A DNA stretch of 63,971 nucleotides, filler included, from Vicugna vicugna (lineage: Eukaryota): NCBI GenBank assembly GCA_013265495.1. It is 74 parts of 73 records of this genome, joined end to end, with 100 filler letters (N's around TTAATTAATTAA, not from the genome) between each part and the next. Parts side by side here need not be neighbours in the genome. Positions count along the whole stretch, not along the records: positions 49,637 to 50,501 come from PNXW01018177.1; positions 50,602 to 51,698 come from MU061251.1; positions 51,799 to 52,540 come from MU061252.1; positions 52,641 to 54,447 come from MU061253.1; positions 54,548 to 55,027 come from PNXW01018188.1; positions 55,128 to 55,861 come from PNXW01018189.1; positions 55,962 to 56,758 come from PNXW01018190.1; positions 56,859 to 57,288 come from MU061254.1; 66 more parts are not named here. One strand, written 5' to 3'. This document shows positions 50,291 to 61,679 of this stretch, one piece after another. A model generated the notes under the pieces. That model did no database searches and was not told the DNA's origin. It saw only the letters and a program-made list of their open reading frames with translations. Positions within the stretch are counted from its first letter, which is position 1; each line of letters begins with the position of its first letter. Both the position numbers and the translations under genes were made by a program.

Positions 50291-50601
50291 ATGATAAAAA
50301 AAAAACTTACTCCATGATACAGAGTAGTTGTGAGCATCGAGAGAGAGACAGAGAAAGAAAGAGAGAAAGACTACTGGTGGCAGTAGTTTTACAAATCCAG
50401 AGTAATATACCGCTGTCTTTACTTTAGCTAATGACAGAACATCTTTGAAGGGGGGAACACCATGTAACACATTTTATATTAAATGATATATTTACATATA
50501 ANNNNNNNNNNNNNNNNNNNNNNNNNNNNNNNNNNNNNNNNNNNNTTAATTAATTAANNNNNNNNNNNNNNNNNNNNNNNNNNNNNNNNNNNNNNNNNNN
50601 N

Positions 50602-51698
50602 CTCAGGGGAGACAATCTTAGGCTTTCCGTTAGAACCCACGCGCTGAAAACGGTTGGTGGAACCTTCCCAAGCTCAGGATTCCGGAACCATTGTCAGTGC
50701 GTGGGGGAGCTCGAGAGACAACTCCACGTAGCTCTCTTCAGTCACAGGTGTTCTCTGTTCGGGGAAGTCCGAGAAATAATTTCCCTGACCTTGGGGAGGC
50801 AGCCTCTGTCACTGGGATATCCTGCCAACCCCCCTAACATTCCCTGGCCCAGAGATATTAGGAAAACCCTCAGGGGAGACAATCTTAGGCTTTCCGTTAG
50901 AACCCACGCGCTGAAAACGGTTGGTGGAACCTTCCCAAGCTCAGGATTCCGGAACCATTGTCAGTGCGTGGGGGAACTCGAGAGAAAACTCCACGCAGCT
51001 CTCTTAGGTCACAGTTGTTCCGTGTTCATGGAAGTTCGAGAAATACCTTCTCTGAACGTGGGGAGGCACCCTCTGTCACTGGGATACCCTGCAATCACCC
51101 CTAGCATTCCCTGGCACAGAGATATTTGGAAAAACCTCAGGGGAGACGAGCTTAGGCATTCCGTTACAACCCGCGCGGTGACGACCGTTCGTGGAACCTC
51201 CCCACGCTCAGGATTCTGGAACCATTGTCAGTGCGTGGGGGATCACGAGAGACAACACCACACAGCTCTCTTAGGTCACAGTTGTTCCCTGTTCGGGGAA
51301 GTCCGAAAAATACCTTCCCTGAACTTGGGGAGGCAGCCTCTGTCACTGGGATATCATGCAAACCCCCCTAGCATTCCCTGGCACAGAGAAATTGCTAAAA
51401 CCCTAGCGGAGACGAGCTTNNNNNNNNNNNNNNNNNNNNNNNNNNNNNNNNNNNNNNNNNNNNNNNNNNNNNNNNNNNNNNNNNNNNNNNNNNNNNNNNN
51501 NNNNNNNNNNNNNNNNNNNNNNNNNNNNNNNNNNNNNNNNNNNNNNNNNNNNNNNNNNNNNNNNNNNNNNNNNNNNNCACTTGGATATAAACCCCCCTAG
51601 CATTCCATGGCACTGAGAAATTAGGAAAACACTCAGGGGAGACGAGCTTAGTTATTACGTTAGAACCCACGCGCTGCCGACCGTTGGTGGAACCTCAA
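50602..51698 (+). repeat. Satellite A (reference array for the monomer length)
   Basis: CTCAGGGGAGAC at 50602, 50869, 51136: period exactly 267 bp. Confidence 0.97.
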
Positions 51699-51798
51699 NN
51701 NNNNNNNNNNNNNNNNNNNNNNNNNNNNNNNNNNNNNNNNNNTTAATTAATTAANNNNNNNNNNNNNNNNNNNNNNNNNNNNNNNNNNNNNNNNNNNN

Positions 51799-52540
51799 AC
51801 TGAATTTCGAATTTAGAATATAGAATGTAGAACACAGAGTATAAAATATTGAATACGAAATACTGAATATTGAATTCAGTATATGGAATGTAGAACACAG
51901 AATATAGAATATAGAATATATAATGATGAACACAAAATCTGGAATATAGAATAGAGAATATAGAACCTAGAATTAAGAANNNNNNNNNNNNNNNNNNNNN
52001 NNNNNNNNNNNNNNNNNNNNNNNNNNNNNNNNNNNNNNNNNNNNNNNNNNNNNNNNNNNNNNNNNNNNNNNNNNNNNNNNNNNNNNNNNNNNNNNNNNNN
52101 NNNNNNNNNNNNNNNNNNNNNNNNNNNNNNNNNNNNNNNNNNNNNNNNNNNNNNNNNNNNNNNNNNNNNNNNNNNNNNNNNNNNNNNNNNNNNNNNNNNN
52201 NNNNNNNNNNNNNNNNNNNNNNNNNNNNNNNNNNNNNNNNNNNNNNNNNNNNNNNNNNNNNNNNNNNNNNNNNNNNNNNNNNNNNNNNNNNNNNNNNNNN
52301 NNNNNNNNNNNNNNNNNNNNNNNNNNNNNNNNNNNNNNNNNNNNNNNNNNNNNNNNNNNNNNNNNNNNNNNNNNTAGAAAATAGAATGTAGAACACAGAA
52401 TATGGAATATAGAATACAGAATATAGAACACAAAATTTAGAACATGGAATGCAGAACTGGGAATTTAGTTTATACAATATCGAATACAAATAAGGAATAT
52501 GAATATACAATGTAGAACACAGAGTTTAAAATATAGAATA
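51799..52540 (-). repeat. Satellite E
   Basis: (AGAATAT)n. Confidence 0.94.
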
Positions 52541-52640
52541 NNNNNNNNNNNNNNNNNNNNNNNNNNNNNNNNNNNNNNNNNNNNTTAATTAATTAANNNN
52601 NNNNNNNNNNNNNNNNNNNNNNNNNNNNNNNNNNNNNNNN

Positions 52641-54447
52641 TTTAACTTGGACGCACACTCTCAAGCGGACGGGAGTCATGGGATTGAAGATGATGCGACG
52701 AGTGTTAGAAGAGTGCACAGCAGATGCTTGGCTGACAGACCTCAAAGAATCCAGTGCAAAATATCCCCACAGTTGATTCTGAGACCAAGCTCCGAGCTGC
52801 CAAATTTGAGGAAGCAGAGGCANNNNNNNNNNNNNNNNNNNNNNNNNNNNNNNNNNNNNNNNNNNNNNNNNNNNNNNNNNNNNNNNNNNNNNNNNNNNNN
52901 NNNNNNNNNNNNNNNNNNNNNCACAATGAGCAGCAACCACCCTGGCGCGCGCAGTTGAAATTATCGATATGTCCCATGGCCACAACCAGTGCATCTGCAG
53001 GACCAGAGACCAATTTGGCATTTTGCCAATAGAGCATGTGTGGGGCTGAATCAGAGATATTGTGCATCGGGTTTGAAGGATCCAGGGGGCCTTGGGTTTG
53101 AATTCAAATGAAAAGCCTTAGGATCTGCTACATTCATCACCTGGGCTGTGATTATGGTTTGGTTTGAGGCACAGGATGTGCAACAGCTCTGTGGTTGCCT
53201 TCGTGCACCCGTGCCACAAGGATGAGAGGACAAGGAAGTGTGGTCCAAGACCACAGCATGAGAAGAGGAAGGATTTCATTTCGTTAGGAAGGATTTCCTT
53301 CAGTTTATCTCTCAAAATCGGATGCGACATTTTGGATGGCACCGGCACGGTTCGGCAGCGAGGACACCAAGTTCGGGCTGAGGGATCATTCCAGCAGGAC
53401 CTGATGTGTGACATCCATAGATATGTTTCCACTGGTGTTTCTCTAGACAGAGAAGCTCTTGGAAGAACTGGTTTCAGTGGGANNNNNNNNNNNNNNNNNN
53501 NNNNNNNNNNNNNNNNNNNNNNNNNNNNNNNNNNNNNNNNNNNNNNNNNNNNNNNNNNNNNNNNNNNNNNNNNNNNNNNNNNNNNNNNNNNNNNNNNNNN
53601 NNNNNNNNNNNNNNNNNNNNNNNNNNNNNNNNNNNNNNNNNNNNNNNNNNNNNNNNNNNNNNNNNNNNNNNNNNNNNNNNNNNNNNNNNNNNNNNNNNNN
53701 NNNNNNNNNNNNNNNNNNNNNNNNNNNNNNNNNNNNNNNNNNNNNNNNNNNNNNNNNNNNNNNNNNNNNNNNNNNNNNNNNNNNNNNNNNNNNNNNNNNN
53801 NNNNNNNNNNNNNNNNNNNNNNNNNNNNNNNNNNNNNNNNNNNNNNNNNNNNNNNNNNNNNNNNNNNNNNNNNNNNNNNNNNNNNNNNNNNNNNNNNNNN
53901 NNNNNNNNNNNNNNNNNNNNNNNNNNNNNNNNNNNNNNNNNNNNNNNNNNNNNNNNNNNNNNNNNNNNNNNNNNNNNNNNNNNNNNNNNNNNNNNNNNNN
54001 NNNNNNNNNNNNNNNNNNNNNNNNNNNNNNNNNNNNNNNNNNNNNNNNNNNNNNNNNNNNNNNNNNNNNNNNNNNNNNNNNNNNNNNNNNNNNNNNNNNN
54101 NNNNNNNNNNNNNNNNNNNNNNNNNNNNNNNNNNNNNNNNNNNNNNNNNNNNNNNNNNNNNNNNNNNNNNNNNNNNNNNNNNNNNNNNNNNNNNNNNNNN
54201 NNNNNNNNNNNNNNNNNNNNNNNNNNNNNNNNNNNNNNNNNNNNNNNNNNNNNNNNNNNNNNNNNNNNNNNNNNNNNNNNNNGGCATGAAAGACTAAAAT
54301 TCGAAAGAGTCCCAGATGGAAAAGCAAGAGATAAAGAAACAAACAATGTTTGAAAAGTTATGTGTAGAAAAATCAGACTGCAACCTGCTGAAAGCCAAGA
54401 TTTAATCATCTAGGCGAATTCAGGAAGTACACAGCGTCCAAAAGAGG
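52641..54447 (+). repeat. Unidentified multicopy sequence, block F1 (longest piece)
   Basis: Overlaps 24746-24941 (same strand) and 59339-59447 (opposite strand). Confidence 0.85.
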
Positions 54448-55536
54448 NNNNNNNNNNNNNNNNNNNNNNNNNNNNNNNNNNNNNNNNNNNNTTAATTAAT
54501 TAANNNNNNNNNNNNNNNNNNNNNNNNNNNNNNNNNNNNNNNNNNNNCAGTAGCAAACTTAAAGCAACCAAAATGCTCCCATCTACCAGAGCGTGACTTG
54601 TCCTTACACACTGCTGGACATAACTGCCAACGCTGTCTAAGGCATCGTCTTCATCTGGCGCACACGTTCTTTAGATGTGTAATATGCTGATTAACAGGAC
54701 AAGCTGGTTTGGATTCCCAAGGTCACAGGCAGCCTTCTGCCTGACTTTGGTGTATATATGTTCATTGAAGGGTCCTCTCTCAGATCATCTAGAGCTGCCT
54801 GGTGTGTGGTTTGCCAGAGAATGTGGGTGCAGTGCTCCCCACCAGAGTCCTACCAGTTGTTTTATTGCAGGAAGAGAGAGAGCAAAAGAGACAGAACAGG
54901 AAGTTCTTGTTCAGCCTCAAACACAGTCACCCCCGCCCAGGGCTCTTGCTCTGGGATACACAGAAGTGCAGGTCAATGCCTTGGTGTACTCCAAAACATG
55001 GCGTGGTTGTACTGGGCTGTGTCTTTCNNNNNNNNNNNNNNNNNNNNNNNNNNNNNNNNNNNNNNNNNNNNTTAATTAATTAANNNNNNNNNNNNNNNNN
55101 NNNNNNNNNNNNNNNNNNNNNNNNNNNCCTGAAAATTGTTTATGTCTATTTCTTGAGATACAAATAACCCTGATGGTTACAGAAATTCGAGGCGGGAATA
55201 CACAGTGCACTGCATGTGTCTGCCGGCTTCACGGGCTGCTCAGTGTCAATTTCATTTTCTTGGGTTGCAGTATAGGACGCATTTCCATGAGAAATATTGC
55301 TCAGCCTTTTCCTGAATGAAGGATTGAATTTTCCACAGGAAATATTACGAATGAGAGTGACAAGGCACAAGGTTTCCCATAAAGGAATAGTTGATGTAAT
55401 AAACTCTCACTATGGTGAAAATTTTTAATAAAAGCCAGTTGAAAATTTTATCACTAGGACAAATGGCACAAATCCGTCTGAAGAAAAAAGATTCAAATTT
55501 TAAAGAAGAAGTGGTTTGAATCAAGTAGAAATTATG

Positions 55537-55861
55537 GTTTCTAATTTATTTGTTGTAAGAACATATACTCAGTCTTAACATAATTGCCGGTGGTAGGAAG
55601 TGGATCATTATTTATTTATTAAAAAAAATTTCACAAGGTGCTATTAACCCCATTATTGATGCGGCAGTCCTGTGGTTAGTTAAGTTGGGACATTTAGGAA
55701 ACTTAGTTTCTAATTTATTTGTTGTAAGAACATATACTCAGTCTTAACATAATTGCCGGTGGTAGGAAGTGGATCATTATTTATTTATTAAAAAAAATTT
55801 CACAAGGTGCTATTAACCCCATTATTGATGCGGCAGTCCTGTGGTTAGTTAAGTTGGGACA
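55537..55861. repeat. 156-bp exact direct duplication (55537-55692 / 55706-55861)
   Basis: Identical copies, offset 169; the second ends at the scaffold end. Confidence 0.9.
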
Positions 55862-55961
55862 NNNNNNNNNNNNNNNNNNNNNNNNNNNNNNNNNNNNNNN
55901 NNNNNTTAATTAATTAANNNNNNNNNNNNNNNNNNNNNNNNNNNNNNNNNNNNNNNNNNNN

Positions 55962-56758
55962 TTCACAGAAAAATTATTCTCGAGCGATTTCCACCTAACA
56001 GATGTGCAATTTACATGAATTTCAACAACATGGCATTCTGGGTTTCGTACATGCTGCATATATGACGGATTTGGCAATCATGCGTTTCTGACTTGTGAGC
56101 ATGTGGATTACTGACCTTTCATCCTCCGAACAAGGCGAATATAAACTTAGACATATTACTCTGACTTCATAGGTTTTTCCTATCACCAGGTTCTAAAATC
56201 GGACATTTGGCACCAGAAAACGCTCTTTGAGCGAAATCTAACCAAAACACTTGTAATTTACATTGTTTACATAACCATGGCATTCCGTATTACGAACATG
56301 TTTCATGCGTCACGGATTCCTCAAACATGCATTTCTGAGATGTGAACATGCGCATGACTGATGGTTCAACCACCAAACATGTTATATATGCACTCTGAAA
56401 TATTTACTTTGACTTCGTAGCTTCTTCCTATCACCAGTTTCAAGAATCACACTTTGGTCCCAGAAAAACCCTCTTGGAGCGAATTCTACCCTAGAGATAT
56501 GTAATTTGAGTAGATTCCATCTACATTATATTCCGGGTTCATTACATGCTACATAAATGACGGATTTGACAAAACTGAGTTGAGAGCATGTGGATTACTA
56601 ATCCTTCATCCTCTATAAAAGGAATATTTTCATCTAGACACTTGTACATATTTTCACAAGCTTTCCCTACCACAAAGGTCGAATTCGTGCATTTTTCAGA
56701 AAAGTAGATCTGGAACAATTTTCACCAAAGAGATATGTAATTTACATGAATTCCAACA
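55962..56758 (+). repeat. Satellite D (gap-free trimer)
   Basis: GAGCGA-type anchor at 55982, 56229, 56477, 56713 (spacing 247, 248, 236); best self-match at offset ~731. Confidence 0.95.
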
Positions 56759-56858
56759 NNNNNNNNNNNNNNNNNNNNNNNNNNNNNNNNNNNNNNNNNN
56801 NNTTAATTAATTAANNNNNNNNNNNNNNNNNNNNNNNNNNNNNNNNNNNNNNNNNNNN

Positions 56859-57288
56859 CCTAGTGCCGGTTTGAAGTGCCAGCCGTTTTCACTGTCAAAC
56901 CGATTTGGAGCTTGTACTTCCCCATATAAACGTATGGAGTGGAGTTGGCAACTGAAAAGAAACTTTGTGTTCCCTTCAAGCTAGGTGAAGGACGGCTTTC
57001 ACACACACTTATCTCTCAGAACTGAGCATGTGGAGAGACATTCGTTCATCCAGNNNNNNNNNNNNNNNNNNNNNNNNNNNNNNNNNNNNNNNGTCTGTTT
57101 CCTAGTGCCGGTTTGTAGTGCCTGCCGTTTTCACTGTAAAACCGAGTTGGAGATTGTACATCCCCATATATATGTATGGAGTGGAGTTTGCATCTGAAAA
57201 GAAACTTTGTGTTCCCTTCAATATAGGTGAAGGATGGCTTTCGCACACAATTACCTCTCAGAACTGAGCATGTGGAGAGACGTTCGTT
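56859..57288 (-). repeat. Satellite C
   Basis: Reverse complement of C. Confidence 0.94.
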
Positions 57289-57388
57289 NNNNNNNNNNNN
57301 NNNNNNNNNNNNNNNNNNNNNNNNNNNNNNNNTTAATTAATTAANNNNNNNNNNNNNNNNNNNNNNNNNNNNNNNNNNNNNNNNNNNN

Positions 57389-58477
57389 GCTAGGGGTGAT
57401 TGCAGGATATCCCAGTGCCCGAGTCTGCCTCCCGATGGTGAAGGAAGGTTTTTCTTGGACTTCCTCGAACAGGGAAATCCTGTGACTGAAGAGAGCTGCG
57501 TGGAGTTGTCTCTCGAGCTCCACACGCAGTGACAACGATTCCGGAATCCTGAGCGTGGGGAGGTTACACCAACCGTCGGCAGCGCGTGGGTTCTAACGGA
57601 ATGCCTAAGCTCGTCTCCGCTGAGGGTTTCCCTAATGTCTCTGTGCCAGGGAATGCTAGGGGTGATTGCAGGATATCCCAGTGACCGAGGCTGCCCCCCA
57701 AGGTCAGGGAAGTTTTTTTTGGACTTCCCCGAACAGGGAAAACCTGTGACTGTAGAGAGATGCGTGGAGTTGTCTCTCGAGCTCCACACGCAGTGACAAC
57801 GATTCCGGAATCCTGAGCGTGGGGAGGTTACACCAACCGTCGGCAGCGCGTGGGTTCTAACGGAATGCCTAAGCTCGTCTCCCCTGAGGGTTTTCCTAAT
57901 GTCTCTGTGCCAGGGAATGCTAGGGGTGATTGCAGGATATCCCAGTGACNNNNNNNNNNNNNNNNNNNNNNNNNNNNNNNNNNNNNNNNNNNNNNNNNNN
58001 NNNNNNNNNNNNNNNNNNNNNNNNNNNNNNNNNNNNNNNNNNNNNNNNNNNNNNNNNNNNNNNNNNNNNNNNNNNNNNNNNNNNNNNNNNNNNNNNNNNN
58101 NNNNNNNNNNNNNNNNNNNNNNNNNNNNNNNNNNNNNNNNNNNNNNNNNNNNNNNNNNNNNNNNNNNNNNNNNNNNNNNNNNNNNNNNNNNNNNNNNNNN
58201 NNNNNNNNNNNNNNNNNNNNNNNNNNNNNNNNNNNNNNNNNNNNNNNNNNNNNNNNNNNNNNNNNNNNNNNNNNNNNNNNNNNNNNNNNNNNNNNNNNNN
58301 NNNNNNNNNNNNNNNNNNNNNNNNNNNNNNNNNNNNNNNNNNNNNNNNNNNNNNNNNNNNNNNNNNNNNNNNNNNNNNNNNNNNNNNNNNNNNNNNNNNN
58401 NNNNNNNNNNNNNNNGCCTAAGCTCGTTTCCGCTGAGGGTTTTTCTAATATCTCTGTGTCAGGGAATGCTAGGGGTG
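57389..58477 (-). repeat. Satellite A
   Basis: Reverse complement of A with array-specific variants. Confidence 0.95.
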
Positions 58478-59126
58478 NNNNNNNNNNNNNNNNNNNNNNN
58501 NNNNNNNNNNNNNNNNNNNNNTTAATTAATTAANNNNNNNNNNNNNNNNNNNNNNNNNNNNNNNNNNNNNNNNNNNNTTGTACCTGAAATGGTGAAGTGA
58601 GTCAGTTTCAGAGCCTTTCAGAAAAAGTACGATTTAAGTGCCTCAGGACTGTCACAAAGCTCAGCGTTCTTTGATGGTTTGGAAGCACCGCAGTGCTTTA
58701 CACCCTACAGATGTAAGGTTTTACTCCTTTGACGATGACGTGGTTGCAAATGACGTACAGGTGCAAAACCAGACTTAGCAGCTTCTGAAGGGAAACTCTC
58801 CAGTTCTCCCTTGATAGGCTGTCTTCCGCGGGATGTAACTTTGCTGCAGCTTAGGCCTGAGGTTTTCGTATGGAGTGAGGGTTTGATAGCAAATGTTAAC
58901 ATAAAATGATCAGATGGAGAAAATCGACGTTGGCAATTTATTTTTGGGTTTCATTAGAAAAGATGCATTGTTAGTAATAAACCATATAACGTATGAAATT
59001 GAGTACAGAACATTGCATTTCTTACTNNNNNNNNNNNNNNNNNNNNNNNNNNNNNNNNNNNNNNNNNNNNTTAATTAATTAANNNNNNNNNNNNNNNNNN
59101 NNNNNNNNNNNNNNNNNNNNNNNNNN

Positions 59127-59931
59127 TAGATGGCAGCATTTTGCCATTCAAGCTATGGTCTATGTCCTGACTCTCCTCCCTGTCCTGCAATATAGTTGCT
59201 GAGATAGCAGCTGAAACCCCTCTGGAGGTTCTCTTGTGACTATGTTGCTTTCCTCCAGGCACATTTTAAATCACGGCGATGATCATGAACTTTGTTGATT
59301 TGGGTCATACAGCTGCTGCTAAGTCTATTGGGATTCCACCTCTTTTGGACGCTGTGTACTTCCTGAATTCGCCTAGATGATTCTATCTTGGCTTTCAGCA
59401 AGTTTCAGTCTGATTTTTCTACACATAACTTTTCAAACATTGTTTGTNNNNNNNNNNNNNNNNNNNNNNNNNNNNNNNNNNNNNNNNNNNNNNNNNNNNN
59501 NNNNNNNNNNNNNNNNNNNNNNNNNNNNNNNNNNNNNNNNNNNNNNNNNNNNNNNNNNNNNNNNNNNNNNNNNNNNNNNNNNNNNNNNNNNNNNNNNNNN
59601 NNNNNNNNNNNNNNNNNNNNNNNNNNNNNNNNNNNNNNNNNNNNNNNNNNNNNNNNNNNNNNNNNNNNNNNNNNNNNNNNNNNNNNNNNNNNNNNNNNNN
59701 NNNNNNNNNNNNNNNNNNNNNNNNNNNNNNNNNNNNNNNNNNNNNNNNNNNNNNNNNNNNNNNNNNNNNNNNNNNNNNNNNNNNNNNNNNNNNNNNNNNN
59801 NNNNNNNNNNNNNNNNNNNNNNNNNNNNNNNNNNNNNNNNNNNNNNNNNNNNNNNNNNNNNNNNNNNNNNAAAATGGTTCTTCCTGTTCCTTTTACTATA
59901 TTTCTTCATCTCTACTGGTCAGGTAATTTCA
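59127..59931 (-). repeat. Unidentified multicopy sequence, block F1
   Basis: Bridges 54339-54447 and 18619-18814. Confidence 0.85.
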
Positions 59932-60031
59932 NNNNNNNNNNNNNNNNNNNNNNNNNNNNNNNNNNNNNNNNNNNNTTAATTAATTAANNNNNNNNNNNNN
60001 NNNNNNNNNNNNNNNNNNNNNNNNNNNNNNN

Positions 60032-60651
60032 TCCCAGTGACCGAAGATGCCTCCCCAAGTTCAGGGAAGGTATTTCTCGGACTTACTCATGCAGGGAACA
60101 CCTGTGACTGAAGAGAGCTTAGTAGAGTTGTCTCTTGATCTCCCCCATTCAATGACAATTTTTCCGGAATCCTGAGAGTGGGAAGGTTCCACCAACGGTC
60201 GGTAGCGCGTGGGTTCTAAGGAAATGCCTGTGCTCGCCTCCCCTGAGGGTTTTCCTCAATTCCTTGTGCCAGGGAATGCTAGGTGTGGGTTGCATGATTT
60301 CCCAGTGACAGAGGCTTCCTCCCCAAATTCAGGGAAGGTATTTCTCGGACTTCCCCGAGCAGGGAACACCTGTGACTGAAGAGAGCTGCGTGGAGTTGTC
60401 TCTCGAGCTCCCCCACTCAAAGACAATGGTTCAGGAATCCTGAGCGTGGGGAAGTTCCACGAACGGTCGGCAACGCGTGGGTACTTAGGGAATGCCTGTG
60501 CTCGTCTCCCCAGAGGGTTTTCCTCATGTCTCTGTGCCAGGGAATGCTAGGGGATGTTGCAGGAAATCCCGGTGACAGAGGATGCTTCCCAAGTTCAGGG
60601 AAGATTTTTCTCGGATTTCCCCGTGCAGGGAACACCTGTGACTGAAGAGAG
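60032..60651 (-). repeat. Satellite A (variant subfamily like 28917)
   Basis: GCCTGTGCTCG and TCAA(T/A)GACAA variants. Confidence 0.93.
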
Positions 60652-60751
60652 NNNNNNNNNNNNNNNNNNNNNNNNNNNNNNNNNNNNNNNNNNNNTTAAT
60701 TAATTAANNNNNNNNNNNNNNNNNNNNNNNNNNNNNNNNNNNNNNNNNNNN

Positions 60752-61579
60752 TGCTGTCATTTGGAAGATCTTCCCCACTCGCAGGATACCTGAACAAACT
60801 TTCGTGTGTTTGCTGGAGTTGGTGAAAGAGTGTCCACGCATCTTCATGAGGTCACAGGTGTTCCCAAGTTTGGATGTAGTTTAAACACCTCCACTGCACA
60901 TAGAGAGGCACACGCTAATACTTGGCTTTAGAGCCAAACCCCCACCTAGGCTCAGAGCCCGGCTTAGGAAAACACTGAAGCATGGGAAACATAGGGATTA
61001 TATTAGATCCCAGGCGCTGCTGTCAGTTGGAGGAAACTCCCCACACTCAGGATACCTGAGCACGCCTCCGTGTGTGTGCTGGAGGTGGGGAAACAGAGTC
61101 CACGCATCATTATGGGGCACAGGTGTTCCAAGGTTGGGGAAGTTGTTTAAAACCCTCCACTACCCAAAGAAATGCACTCGGTTATACTTGGCTTTAGAGC
61201 CCATCCCCCACCATCGCTTACTGCTAGGCCTAGGAAAACACTTAGGGAAGTCAAGCTAAGGGATTCTATTAAAACCCAGGTGCTGCTGTCTGTTGGAGGA
61301 ACCTCCCCACACTCAGAACCCCAGAAAACTTCTTCCTGTATGTGCTGGACGTGGGGAAACATAGCACACGCATTTTTCAGGGGTCAAAATTCCCAAGGGT
61401 TGTAGTATAAACATCTCCACTACCGATGGAGAGCACAGGCTAATACTTAGTTTTCGAACCCAAATCCCACTTTCAACCACACACTGGCCTAGGCAAACCA
61501 TCAGGGAAGACAAGAAAAGGGATTCTATTAGAAGCAAGACGCTGATGTAAGTTGGAGGAACTACCCCACCCTCAGGATA
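60752..61579 (+). repeat. Satellite B
   Basis: Three diverged ~267-bp monomers. Confidence 0.93.
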
Positions 61580-61679
61580 NNNNNNNNNNNNNNNNNNNNN
61601 NNNNNNNNNNNNNNNNNNNNNNNTTAATTAATTAANNNNNNNNNNNNNNNNNNNNNNNNNNNNNNNNNNNNNNNNNNNN

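Noticed and set aside
53010..53050. LPIEHVWG resembling the Tc1/IS630 transposase motif DLNPIEHVW
   Set aside because: The preceding SPDLN and other DDE motifs are absent, and no terminal inverted repeats are seen.
58578..59026. Possible further member of family F; also unique-looking scaffolds 9106-10035, 11260-11770, 37024-37650 and 54548-55027
   Set aside because: No overlap with other scaffolds and no recognisable feature; left unannotated.
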